This document shows, piece by piece, positions 11,354-20,342 of a stretch of DNA of 64,000 nt; position 1 is the stretch's first letter; every line of letters starts with the position of its first letter. The stretch lies in assembly GCA_016776505.1 (NCBI GenBank), contig JADHTG010000009.1, positions 6,946-70,945 of the forward strand. Reading direction: 5' to 3'. The stretch is from Bacteroidota bacterium (GTDB lineage: Bacteria; Bacteroidota; Bacteroidia; CAILMK01; JAAYUY01). Under the pieces are notes generated by a model. The model saw only the letters and a program-made list of their open reading frames with translations. It was not told the DNA's origin and did no database searches. A program made the position numbers and the translations under genes.

Positions 11354-13161
11354 ACAAGGGAGCTCACATATTGCTTTTCACATTCCTGTTTATTGTAGTT
11401 TCTCATCTTACATGGGCACAATCTTTTACTGCCTCCGTTAATTCAAATGAAGTTAGCCCAGACCAACAAATTAATGTAACATTTACCATTGAAGGCAATT
11501 TTCAGCGAATTACGGATCTCAATTTTCCCGAATTCAATGGATTCCGCGTGTTGTCGCAACCCCAGCAATATCAATCCACTTCCAATATCAATGGAGTAGT
11601 GAGTAAAAATTATCAGTTTACAATTGCCATCAAACCTATCTCAAAAGGGAAATTCACCATTCAGCCTGCATCTGTTAAACTGGATGGGAAGCTTTATAAA
11701 ACAAAAAGTATTGATATTCAGGTTGTAAGTGCAGATAATATCTCAAAAAAACCAAAATCTGGTGATACTAAAACCGTTATATCTGATAAAGATGTATTTG
11801 CCAGAACATTAATTAGCAAATCAAAAATTTTCATGGGAGAGGCCTTTTCGCTTACTCAAAAAGTGTATTCACGTAAGGAAATAATGGATATTTCGGATAT
11901 TAAATTTCCTCAATACGAGGGATTTCTTGTCGAAGATATTGATATAGGACAGCTAAGGGTGGAAACTGAAGTAATTAATGGAATTCAATTTTATGTCATT
12001 GTATTACAAAAGAAGATCCTTTTTGCCCGGAAATCTGGAAAAATTACATTGAAACCCCTTAAACTCAAACTGGATATTAAAGAAATAAAAACCAGAAATG
12101 CGAGGAATCAGGCAGAGCAAATGTGGTATGGTCCTACGATCAGATATGCTGAGAAAGTAACTCAATCGGTTACTGCCCCAAGCGTTAGTGTTCAGGTTGA
12201 AAGTTTACCACCTGAACCAGCAGGATTTGAAGACCTTATTGGCGATTTTAATTTGAGTGTTTCAACAGACAAGGAAACAACAAAGATCAATGATCCGATC
12301 ACATTAACCATCAAGGTGGAAGGGACAGGAAATCATCACTTATTATCAGATTTTAACCTGGATTTACCAGATGATATTGAAACTTATGAACCAAAAATAA
12401 AACAAAATCTTTCGCTTACAGGCAACGGCTTTAAGGGCTATAAATCTTTTGAGTATTTATTGGTTCCCAGAAAAGCGGGTCACTTTAATTTACCACCTGT
12501 TACAATCATTTATTTCGATGTAAAAAAAGCTATTTACAGAACCCTGTCAAGCGATCAGATTCAAATCAAGGTAGAAAAAGGAGAAGGAAATTATACCGGA
12601 GATTTACCCACAGGATTAAGTAAAAAGGAAATTGAACTCAGGGGAAAGGATATTCAGTTTATCAAACAGGAATTAGGTGAATTTACCTATAAAAACAAGC
12701 CATTTATAGGCTCCTTTATTTTTTACCTTTATTATTTAATACCTGCTTTATTATTTCTGTTATTTATTATTTTTTATAAAAGGTTTACGAAGTTCAGAAA
12801 TAATGTGGCTTTATTCAGGCAGAGGAAAGCTTCTTCCTACTCTCATAAAAAACTGAAGAAAGCTAAAAAGATGTTATCTGCGAATAATACAGTCAGCTTT
12901 TATGAAGAGGTTTTAAATGCTATTAACGGTTACCTGGGGGATAAATTGGTGTTGTCTTCAGCTGAATTGTCGAGGGAGAAAGTGAGTGAAGTATTATTAG
13001 AAAAGCAGCTAAATCAGGAATTGATCAAGGATCTTTTTGAATTAATTGATGCATGTGAGTTTGCCAGGTTTTCTCCGTCCTCCATTCCAGGGAACATGAA
13101 TTCAACTTATCAACAGGCTTACACTTTATTGATAAAATTGGAAAAAGCAATTAGCAAATGA
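11347..13161 (+). CDS. batD: BatD-like protein (secreted/membrane-anchored)
   Basis: 604 aa with a signal peptide, a beta-rich body and a TM helix near residue 450 (FIFYLYYLIPALLFLLFIIFY). Its position between batC and batE supports the call. Confidence 0.6.
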   Translation: MVNKGAHILLFTFLFIVVSHLTWAQSFTASVNSNEVSPDQQINVTFTIEGNFQRITDLNFPEFNGFRVLSQPQQYQSTSNINGVVSKNYQFTIAIKPISKGKFTIQPASVKLDGKLYKTKSIDIQVVSADNISKKPKSGDTKTVISDKDVFARTLISKSKIFMGEAFSLTQKVYSRKEIMDISDIKFPQYEGFLVEDIDIGQLRVETEVINGIQFYVIVLQKKILFARKSGKITLKPLKLKLDIKEIKTRNARNQAEQMWYGPTIRYAEKVTQSVTAPSVSVQVESLPPEPAGFEDLIGDFNLSVSTDKETTKINDPITLTIKVEGTGNHHLLSDFNLDLPDDIETYEPKIKQNLSLTGNGFKGYKSFEYLLVPRKAGHFNLPPVTIIYFDVKKAIYRTLSSDQIQIKVEKGEGNYTGDLPTGLSKKEIELRGKDIQFIKQELGEFTYKNKPFIGSFIFYLYYLIPALLFLLFIIFYKRFTKFRNNVALFRQRKASSYSHKKLKKAKKMLSANNTVSFYEEVLNAINGYLGDKLVLSSAELSREKVSEVLLEKQLNQELIKDLFELIDACEFARFSPSSIPGNMNSTYQQAYTLLIKLEKAISK

Positions 13162-13931
13162 AGAAGGATGTGAATAATATATTGATCTTTTGGCTGCTTG
13201 TGTTGATCCCAGCTTTCGTTTTTCCTGATCCAGTGAAGGTGGAGGGATTATTTAATGAAGCAAATGAGTTATATCAAAAACAGGAATACCACAAAGCCAT
13301 TGTTCTTTATGACTCGATAATTAATTTGGGGATAGAATCTGCCAACCTGTTTTATAATACTGCAAATACAAATTACAAGCTGGGAGAATACTCAAAAGCG
13401 ATATTATATTATGAAAAAGCAAGACTTTTAGGAGGAAATCAAAAGGACATTTTATATAATTTGGATCTTGCTAATCTGAATATTAGCGATAAGATTGATG
13501 CAATTCCTGATTTCTTTTTTGTCAGAATGTGGAATAACACCCTCTATTATATGAGTTCAAAAAATTGGGGCTACACCAGTATAATGCTTTTTATACTACT
13601 CGTTCTGCTGGTAATTTTCACCATGGTCACCCGTTCTGTGTTCATAAAAAAGATGATTATTCCTCTTATTGTTATTATGGCATTATTCTTTTGTTTAGCC
13701 ACAGTCTTTACTCTTCAGAAATCTTCAATTGAAAGAGACAGCCATTATGCGATCATTTTCGAACCTACAGTTTATGTGATGAGTGCACCTGATGATCAAA
13801 GCACAGATTTGTTTTTAATTCATGAGGGATTGAAAGTCCGTTTACATGAAAAAATCAACGATTGGGTCAAAATCGAATTGGCTGATGGTAAAATCGGATG
13901 GATTCGCGAGGAAAATTACAGGGAGATATAA
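13158..13931 (+). CDS. batE: BatE-like protein (TPR + TM + C-terminal SH3b domain)
   Basis: TPR repeats, two TM helices and a C-terminal SH3-like segment (NDWVKIELADGKIGWIREENY). Confidence 0.6.
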   Translation: MKKDVNNILIFWLLVLIPAFVFPDPVKVEGLFNEANELYQKQEYHKAIVLYDSIINLGIESANLFYNTANTNYKLGEYSKAILYYEKARLLGGNQKDILYNLDLANLNISDKIDAIPDFFFVRMWNNTLYYMSSKNWGYTSIMLFILLVLLVIFTMVTRSVFIKKMIIPLIVIMALFFCLATVFTLQKSSIERDSHYAIIFEPTVYVMSAPDDQSTDLFLIHEGLKVRLHEKINDWVKIELADGKIGWIREENYREI

Positions 13932-13948
13932 TCCTTTAATTCACGGAC

Positions 13949-13974
13949 TCACTGTCCCCTTAGGCAGACAGTGA
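13949..13974. terminator. Hairpin between convergent batE and plsC (stem tcactgtc/gacagtga)
   Basis: 8-bp inverted repeat with a 10-nt loop, read from the sequence in the 80-bp convergent intergenic gap. Confidence 0.35.
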
Positions 13975-14012
13975 AAGGACAGCTGAAAATAATTTGAAGG
14001 AATACAGTTTCT

Positions 14013-14747
14013 TTAATTCTCCAGGCCTGAACTGATCACTTCCTTAGCATGTTGCATAAGATCTTCTACATTTTCCCAGCTATAGTCAGAAATTAAAATA
14101 GGGGGATGGAAAATCAGGCTGGCTGTTCCAGGAAAAATATTCAGTGTACCGGGTTCATGTATTTTATTCGTTCCCTTCACACTAACGGGCAAAAGAGGTA
14201 AATTCAGATCAAATGCCATCTTAAAAGCTCCTTTTTTGAAATCTGCAAGTCCCCCTGCTTTTGTACGGGTACCTTCAGGGAAAAATACGATACAAGTGCC
14301 ATCTTTTATGCTGCTTTTGGCATTTTCAATAGTTTCCAGGGCTGCTTTAGGACTGGATCGATCCACAAAAATATGCCCTAATTTTTTGCATGCTACACCC
14401 AGACCGGGAACTTTCCTGAGTTCCTGTTTCATAACCCATTTAAAATCAACACCCAGTCGGGCATACAAAACCAATATATCGAAACTGCTGCTGTGATTGG
14501 CAATAATAACATAGGATTGTTTCTTCTGGATGTATTTTTTACCCACTTTCCTTAATCGGATAGGAGTGAGGATACACAATGTACGTGCCCAAATCACACC
14601 TCCTAAATAGCTGGCAATCTTCGGGTTGCTCAGATAATATACAGCCACGGTGAAAAATCCAAAAAATAATGTAAGGATCAAGGCAAGTGGAATAAAAATA
14701 ATCCACTTATAGGGTTGGTATAATATCCAGAGAATTTTCCGCATCAA
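14013..14747 (-). CDS. plsC: 1-acyl-sn-glycerol-3-phosphate acyltransferase family (PlsC/LPLAT)
   Basis: N-terminal TM segment, HxxxxD acyltransferase motif (ANHSSSFD) and an FPEGTR motif. Confidence 0.8.
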   Translation of the reverse strand: MMRKILWILYQPYKWIIFIPLALILTLFFGFFTVAVYYLSNPKIASYLGGVIWARTLCILTPIRLRKVGKKYIQKKQSYVIIANHSSSFDILVLYARLGVDFKWVMKQELRKVPGLGVACKKLGHIFVDRSSPKAALETIENAKSSIKDGTCIVFFPEGTRTKAGGLADFKKGAFKMAFDLNLPLLPVSVKGTNKIHEPGTLNIFPGTASLIFHPPILISDYSWENVEDLMQHAKEVISSGLEN

Positions 14748-14867
14748 AAATATTGCGCAAATATAAGGAAACTGAAATATATCAGGTGGGAGTTGATTAG
14801 CCTGAAGAAAGCTAAAAATCAGCTTGAAGATAAATTATTACCGTATCTGATTTGGTTTTTATTATTT

Positions 14868-15293
14868 TTAATATTGAATTTGATCATATTCTCTGATAAT
14901 ATAAACCAAATAATCACCCAAATACTTAAATCCTTCTTTCTTATACAGCTTCAATGCGATCTCGTTGTTTTTATGAACTTCCAGCTTTATTTGCAAACCT
15001 GTTTTTCGTGCAAATTTCAAGCTTTCATCTAATAACATCTTAGAGAATCCCCGCCCCTGGTAGGCTGGTAAAATACCAAAATGATGAAGGTATAATCTCC
15101 TGGCGTCGTTTGTTATCCAACTGCTTCCAATCAATTTATCATCCTGTAAAAGGACTATTAATTTTCCCCCGGATTTAATTGTATTTTCTATGATTTCCTT
15201 ATTATCTCCGCGGAATTTACCCCCCATGCGTGTTATTTCCCAAAGGGATTGCAACTGATCATAATCTGTAGTTTGGTAATCTCTGATAGTCAT
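14868..15293 (-). CDS. GNAT family N-acetyltransferase (141 aa)
   Basis: Acetyl-CoA binding motif A (QGRGFSKMLL) and overall GNAT topology. It is the last gene of the putative KamA-like operon. Confidence 0.8.
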   Translation of the reverse strand: MTIRDYQTTDYDQLQSLWEITRMGGKFRGDNKEIIENTIKSGGKLIVLLQDDKLIGSSWITNDARRLYLHHFGILPAYQGRGFSKMLLDESLKFARKTGLQIKLEVHKNNEIALKLYKKEGFKYLGDYLVYIIREYDQIQY

Positions 15294-15300
15294 AACCTTA

Positions 15301-15993
15301 CTAGCTGTTACTCAAATATACTTTCCGCATATATTTTGAAAAGGAAGGAGTTCCTTCTCCTCGTTTTATTACTTCCAATAATTTGTCTTTGTTCCTTTCG
15401 AAAATAGAACCAAACAGGATTTTTATATTTCGATACCTCAGCATATCCGGATGCAATATAGTGGAAGGACCCAAAAGATAAACCCGGCAATTGACAGATG
15501 TATTATTCACGATGGATAAAAAACTTTGATTGAATACGCTTGTAGATGTCAGGATTAAAGTATCAGCGTTTGCAATATATTTATTCTGTTTTTCAAAAGG
15601 GGTCATTTTTCCAGTAGTATCATGCAAATCGAAAATAGATAAAGGAATGTTTTCTGCCTCAAATTTTCGAACCAGGGATTTGAAATATCCGATCATTACA
15701 ACACGACCCCCCTTTATGAATTCTATTTTATCAAAAATATCGGATGTATCATCATATGCAATTTGATAATTAAATAATGCATTAAAATAAGCGTTCAAAA
15801 TAATACGATGCGGGATTTTTGTTAAATCAGGAACATCAAATTCAGCTTCGACCGGGTGAAGAAGGGTAGCACAAATTCCTATTTGGCCATTATTTAATTC
15901 AACTGCCACATATTTTTCGCCAAAAGTAATATTATTAATATGATCCTTTTGGAATCCTTCCTTGTCATAAAAATAGCGTAAGGGTTCAAGCAT
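15301..15993 (-). CDS. DUF4213/DUF364-like Rossmann-fold protein
   Basis: The C-terminal half matches the DUF364 pattern as I recall it (VVMIGYF...ADTLILTSTSVFNQSF...VYLLGPSTILHP). It is only 4 nt downstream of the KamA-like gene and 8 nt upstream of the GNAT gene. Confidence 0.5.
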   Translation of the reverse strand: MLEPLRYFYDKEGFQKDHINNITFGEKYVAVELNNGQIGICATLLHPVEAEFDVPDLTKIPHRIILNAYFNALFNYQIAYDDTSDIFDKIEFIKGGRVVMIGYFKSLVRKFEAENIPLSIFDLHDTTGKMTPFEKQNKYIANADTLILTSTSVFNQSFLSIVNNTSVNCRVYLLGPSTILHPDMLRYRNIKILFGSIFERNKDKLLEVIKRGEGTPSFSKYMRKVYLSNS

Positions 15994-15995
15994 CC

Positions 15996-18182
15996 TTAAA
16001 CTTCAAGATTTGTGAACTCTTTGGTCAGTTCAAACTTATATTCCGGATATTCATACATGGAAACCCGGGGTTCGGTTTCACCGATGGAATAACCATAAAT
16101 GTTCTCATAATCTTCAATTTGTTCCCCTAAAAACTCCAGCTGTTCCAGGTATTCCGAGATGGATTTAGATTCAATGATAACCACTTTGCCCATGCTGTTG
16201 ATGATCGGGCTGTGCGAACGCGTATGATCGTGATCAAATTCAAGAATGCGTCTTCCATATCTCGTAATACCTATCACACGGTAAGTAAGACTTTTTCCTA
16301 CACCAGGAAGATTAAGCACATTTCTGTCAGTAGCTAAAAACGGCACACCAGCCTCTAATCTTAAATCATTTATATTTTTAATCATATTTTCTGCCTGCAG
16401 AGGGAAGTCCTTGATCCTGTCAAAATATTTTTCTTCAATATGTCCTACCACTTTTTCTTCTAACTGTTCCTGAACAGCTCTTTCATTTGTGGCAAAATTG
16501 TGATTGTTTTCCATATAGCCTTTCACTGAAAAGGTGTAATAATTTAACACACCGATATCGTTTAAAACTTTCCTTAGTTTGGAGGTATGTCCTCTGCGAG
16601 ATGCAGCTGTTGTAAATACAAGCTGGTTAGTGATTGTCCAGCCAGATTCTATCAGTCTTCGTATTCCAAGGGCAGCCTCAGGAGTTACTTCCATAGGCGA
16701 TTGGAAATGAGTCTGGATAACAAATTGCTTGATTCCAATTTCAGATGCTTTTCTTTTGAAATCTTTAAGAATGCTTGTTAATTCCGATGTAATTCGTTGA
16801 GGCAAATAAACAGGCAAACGGGTCCCAAGCCTGACTCTTATAATTTCTGCATATTTTTCTCCATTTTTCCTTTTCTTATTTGCTTCAATTTTACGAATAG
16901 CCATCTCATACAGCTCATCTAATAATCTTTTCAATGACTTGTCGGAACTCATGAGTGCATCCCCACCTGTAATCAACACATCTCTAAGCTGAGAATCATT
17001 TTCATAATATGACATCAAATGTTTCAGTTTTTCCTGCCAGGTTTCCCTGGGTTTTAGTTTCTCCAGGTTGAAATTTAAATTTCCACGCTGAAAATCATAC
17101 ATGCGTTGACAGGATGAACAAAGTCCTCCACATGCTCTTCCTACTGTATCCGGGATTAGAATCGCCACTTCTGGATATCTTCTGTGAATATTGTTGTGAG
17201 AAGGCAGAATCCACCCTGCAGCATTTGGTTTGCCGCTTTCAACTTTATCTTCTTTTTCCCAGGCTACTATCTGTCCGAATTCTTTAACCAGTTGCTCGCT
17301 ATAAAGGATGTAATGCCGGATGGCAAGATCAGCTCCTATGGCAAAATAGGGTACTCTTACGTGCAATAATGACAAATAATAAGGATTAACAAAAAAAGGA
17401 ATTCCCATTTCTTGAGCTTCATAAAGTATCTTCATGCTATCCGGATCCAGAGAGTTTCCCAACAGTTCATTGAGCAAATCAGGGTTTCGAATGGCAAATC
17501 TCAGATGAAAAACACTTTCATTCCACCATTCCAGCATTTGAAGGAATTTTTGTTCCCGTGAACTTCCTTTTTTAAAGATATATTTTGAATCTTTAATTTC
17601 ACCCGAATCCATTTTGTCGATGTAAATATTAATAATGCGATCCCGGTTTTCTTCACGTAGTTTCATTATTCTTGGATCGATTCCAGTTGGCCAGCGATCA
17701 ATCCATTCAAAAACCTGATCTTTTGAAGGGGTAATTCGTTTGCTTTTACCACAAAACTGCCTGAACAACTGAATCATGTCATCAAAGAAGTATGGTTTTG
17801 CTCCACCAGTTCCTTTGGTAACAGCCAGCCAAATAAGTTTAATGGGATTTGATACTGCTTTTTCTCCCCTCAGGTTTAAATCTTCATAAGTTCTTCCTGC
17901 ATTGTCGATGTAATCTAAAATCCTGATTGCTGCTAAATCTTTCCATTGTAAACTCTCATAGGCCTGTCGTCCTTTTTTTACTCCTTTGTAAAATGACAAG
18001 GCATCCGGATTTTTTGATAAGTCTGACATCACCCAGTTTTTGACACCGATCAGGGCCTCCGTTTCGTTTTTTGACTCCCTCATGATCTCTTCCAGCATTG
18101 GATTTTCATTTAAAAGCACTCGAAGTAATTTATGCGAATGAACTGTTATCGCAATTTTATCCAGTTTTTCGATCTGATGCAT
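15996..18182 (-). CDS. KamA-family radical SAM aminomutase, long form (728 aa)
   Basis: Radical SAM CxxxCxxC (CGGLCSSC), KamA-family PYYLSLL motif upstream, and PLP-region motif LITGGDALM. It carries about 300 aa of extra N-terminal sequence relative to canonical lysine 2,3-aminomutases. Confidence 0.8.
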   Translation of the reverse strand: MHQIEKLDKIAITVHSHKLLRVLLNENPMLEEIMRESKNETEALIGVKNWVMSDLSKNPDALSFYKGVKKGRQAYESLQWKDLAAIRILDYIDNAGRTYEDLNLRGEKAVSNPIKLIWLAVTKGTGGAKPYFFDDMIQLFRQFCGKSKRITPSKDQVFEWIDRWPTGIDPRIMKLREENRDRIINIYIDKMDSGEIKDSKYIFKKGSSREQKFLQMLEWWNESVFHLRFAIRNPDLLNELLGNSLDPDSMKILYEAQEMGIPFFVNPYYLSLLHVRVPYFAIGADLAIRHYILYSEQLVKEFGQIVAWEKEDKVESGKPNAAGWILPSHNNIHRRYPEVAILIPDTVGRACGGLCSSCQRMYDFQRGNLNFNLEKLKPRETWQEKLKHLMSYYENDSQLRDVLITGGDALMSSDKSLKRLLDELYEMAIRKIEANKKRKNGEKYAEIIRVRLGTRLPVYLPQRITSELTSILKDFKRKASEIGIKQFVIQTHFQSPMEVTPEAALGIRRLIESGWTITNQLVFTTAASRRGHTSKLRKVLNDIGVLNYYTFSVKGYMENNHNFATNERAVQEQLEEKVVGHIEEKYFDRIKDFPLQAENMIKNINDLRLEAGVPFLATDRNVLNLPGVGKSLTYRVIGITRYGRRILEFDHDHTRSHSPIINSMGKVVIIESKSISEYLEQLEFLGEQIEDYENIYGYSIGETEPRVSMYEYPEYKFELTKEFTNLEV

Positions 18183-18336
18183 GATGTTAGCATTTTAAAA
18201 CCCGAAAATTTATCACAACGCAAGTAATGGTGTTCCCATTTTTTATGGTGACCCAATCAAAGCAGTTTCCATCAAAAGAATAATGCATTGCTTCAATTGT
18301 CCGTTTTTCCTCACTTTCGGTATTTATTTATTCACA

Positions 18337-18840
18337 TTACTTTCCCAGATAATTTCGGGAAAATATATCATAACTCATTAATATTTCTGACAGATAAAAA
18401 TTTGAATTGTATCGAAGTAAAGATACAGCAAAAATGATCTCCTTTCCTTTATATTCATATTTCAGAGAGATTCCGAGCAATTTATTTTCTACTGCATTTT
18501 CACCATATAAAGCTCCGATATAGTATAAATCGTCTAAATTTATTTTGGATTTTTTAGCTGATTCCATGATGTTGTTAAAATCCGTTATAAATTTCTCGCT
18601 GTTAATCACCTGATTCAGCAGTTGATCATCGGTCAGGAATTGTGTTTCTTCCGGCAAAGCTGCTCTCCATATAATGGGTGTTGGTTTTAGTGCAAGCAAA
18701 TTATTTATATCCTTTGATTGAAGAGCTGATATAAAAAAGATCGCAAATTCATCAAGTTTTGGATCATTTACTTTTGTTTGAGAAACAACTCCATTAATGC
18801 AAAACATGAATACAATTGCACTTAGATATATTGGCCTCAT
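18337..18840 (-). CDS. Hypothetical secreted protein
   Basis: Signal peptide with no recognisable motifs. It is 4 nt downstream of the methyltransferase gene. Confidence 0.4.
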   Translation of the reverse strand: MRPIYLSAIVFMFCINGVVSQTKVNDPKLDEFAIFFISALQSKDINNLLALKPTPIIWRAALPEETQFLTDDQLLNQVINSEKFITDFNNIMESAKKSKINLDDLYYIGALYGENAVENKLLGISLKYEYKGKEIIFAVSLLRYNSNFYLSEILMSYDIFSRNYLGK

Positions 18841-18843
18841 TAA

Positions 18844-19440
18844 TTATACTTTTTTTGCTATTAGAATCAGGTTATTTGATTTGCCGTCATGTAACAATCC
18901 TTCTTTCAAAAGCACTTCTTTTTCCTCAAATTTAATAAAATCCAGTCCATTAAAATCATTTTCAAGCATTTCCTTATTGTAAAGTAATTCAAGATTTTTA
19001 GGTCCTCCGGTGCTATTATTTATTTGTGCTTTTTCAAATGCCATCAGTAAAATGTATCCACCTGTTTTTAATGACTTGATCATTCTTTTGTGCACCATTT
19101 CGCGTATGGAAGGATGTAGATGTAAGTAAATCAAAGCAATGGCATTGTAATGATCTTCCACCAGTTCATAATCCATGACATCAGAAACGCTATAATTTAT
19201 CTGTACATGATTCGCTTTTGCAAGTTTCATTGCCTTCTTTTTCCCTTCTACACTAAAATCTACAGCATCCACTATCCACTTGTGTTTTGCGGCATAGACT
19301 GCATTCCGTCCTTCTCCTTCAGCAGCAAATAAAATTCGGCCTGCTTCGGATTGATCAATAAACTCTTTGACAAGGATATTGGGTGCTTTGCCATATATGT
19401 ATTCTTTATCAGTATAGCGCTGATTCCACATTTCTTTCAT
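18844..19440 (-). CDS. Class I SAM-dependent methyltransferase (TehB/small-molecule MTase-like)
   Basis: SAM-binding motif I region (ILFAAEGEGRNAVYAA) followed by an acidic post-I motif (VDAVDFS). Confidence 0.65.
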   Translation of the reverse strand: MKEMWNQRYTDKEYIYGKAPNILVKEFIDQSEAGRILFAAEGEGRNAVYAAKHKWIVDAVDFSVEGKKKAMKLAKANHVQINYSVSDVMDYELVEDHYNAIALIYLHLHPSIREMVHKRMIKSLKTGGYILLMAFEKAQINNSTGGPKNLELLYNKEMLENDFNGLDFIKFEEKEVLLKEGLLHDGKSNNLILIAKKV

Positions 19441-19459
19441 ACGAAATTGAATAGATATT

Positions 19460-19590
19460 CTAAGTTTCTCCTGCTAAAAATAAGTTTTGCGTTCAGTCGA
19501 AAAAACTTCGATTTCACATGCATTTTTTTCATTTCTCTTTTTGAAATTTCAAAGGATAAAAAATACCTGTATATTTGAAAAATAATTCAT
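19460..19590 (+). repeat. Copy A of a conserved ~120-nt intergenic promoter module
   Basis: ctaagtttctcctgctaaaaa...gttcagtcgaaaaaacttcgatttcacatgcattttttt...tttgaaatttcaaaggataaaaaatacctgtatatttga. Confidence 0.6.
19570..19577 (+). promoter_or_regulatory. Bacteroidetes-type -7 box TATATTTG with upstream palindromic TTGAAATTTCAA (-33 region)
   Basis: Matches the TAnnTTTG consensus about 19 nt upstream of the ATG at 19596. It is part of a roughly 120-nt module also present upstream of 37357. Confidence 0.45.
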
Positions 19591-19595
19591 TTGAG

Positions 19596-20342
19596 ATGAA
19601 ATTATTAACCAAAAATTTAGCCAATATTTTCACCCTGACAAATCTCTTTTTAGGATTTACCGGTATAATTAATACACTATATGGTGATCCTGTGGCAGGA
19701 GCTTTATTATTGATTCTTGCAGCCGTTTTTGATTTTTTAGATGGGGCAACTGCCAGGATACTAAAATCTCAAAGCAAACTGGGCAAACAACTTGATTCGC
19801 TAGCCGATATTGTTAGTTTTGGGATTCTGCCAGCCACCATATTACATGTCCTGTTAATTAAATCTCACCAGGATTGGATTTATCGGATGCATTTTACGGG
19901 CCTTCCATTGGTCAGCTTGCTTGCTTTTATTTTTGTTATTGCAGCTGCTTTGCGACTGGCAAAATTTAATCTGGATGATAATCAACTTCACGTTTTTAAA
20001 GGATTACCAACCCCTGCTGCTGCTTTATTTGTTGCTGCATTGCCATTAATCATGCGTTTTGATTTATACGTCTTGAGCTATGAATCTTTTTATCTTGAAA
20101 GCATCATTCTAAATCCCTGGGTTCTCCTGTTGATCACATTCGGATTATCCTTTCTTATGTTATCCAATATTCCACTTTTGGCGATTAAATTTTCAGATTG
20201 GTCATGGGAAAATAATATGCCTAAATACCTCCTGCTACTTATTTCGATTCCACTCTTTATCTTTCTGTTATTTCTTGCAATACCCATTATTATTATGCTA
20301 TATATTGCCTTTTCTTTCATTTTTAAAACGAAGATCCAATGA
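19596..20342 (+). CDS. CDP-alcohol phosphatidyltransferase (phosphatidylserine synthase-like)
   Basis: CDP-OH_P_transf motif DFLDGATARILKSQSKLGKQLDSLADIVSFG in a multi-TM protein. The ORF track opens at a TTG (19575), but the ATG at 19596 (MKLLTKN...) is the more likely start. Confidence 0.7.
   Translation: MKLLTKNLANIFTLTNLFLGFTGIINTLYGDPVAGALLLILAAVFDFLDGATARILKSQSKLGKQLDSLADIVSFGILPATILHVLLIKSHQDWIYRMHFTGLPLVSLLAFIFVIAAALRLAKFNLDDNQLHVFKGLPTPAAALFVAALPLIMRFDLYVLSYESFYLESIILNPWVLLLITFGLSFLMLSNIPLLAIKFSDWSWENNMPKYLLLLISIPLFIFLLFLAIPIIIMLYIAFSFIFKTKIQ

Noticed and set aside
14793-15032. 79-aa plus-strand ORF
   Set aside because: It is antisense to the 3' end of the GNAT gene, has low-complexity hydrophobic composition and no motifs. 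It was treated as spurious.
19575-19595. TTG start proposed by the ORF track for the CDP-alcohol phosphatidyltransferase gene
   Set aside because: It would place the start inside the TATATTTG -7 promoter box. An ATG 21 nt downstream (19596) gives a typical PssA-like N-terminus.
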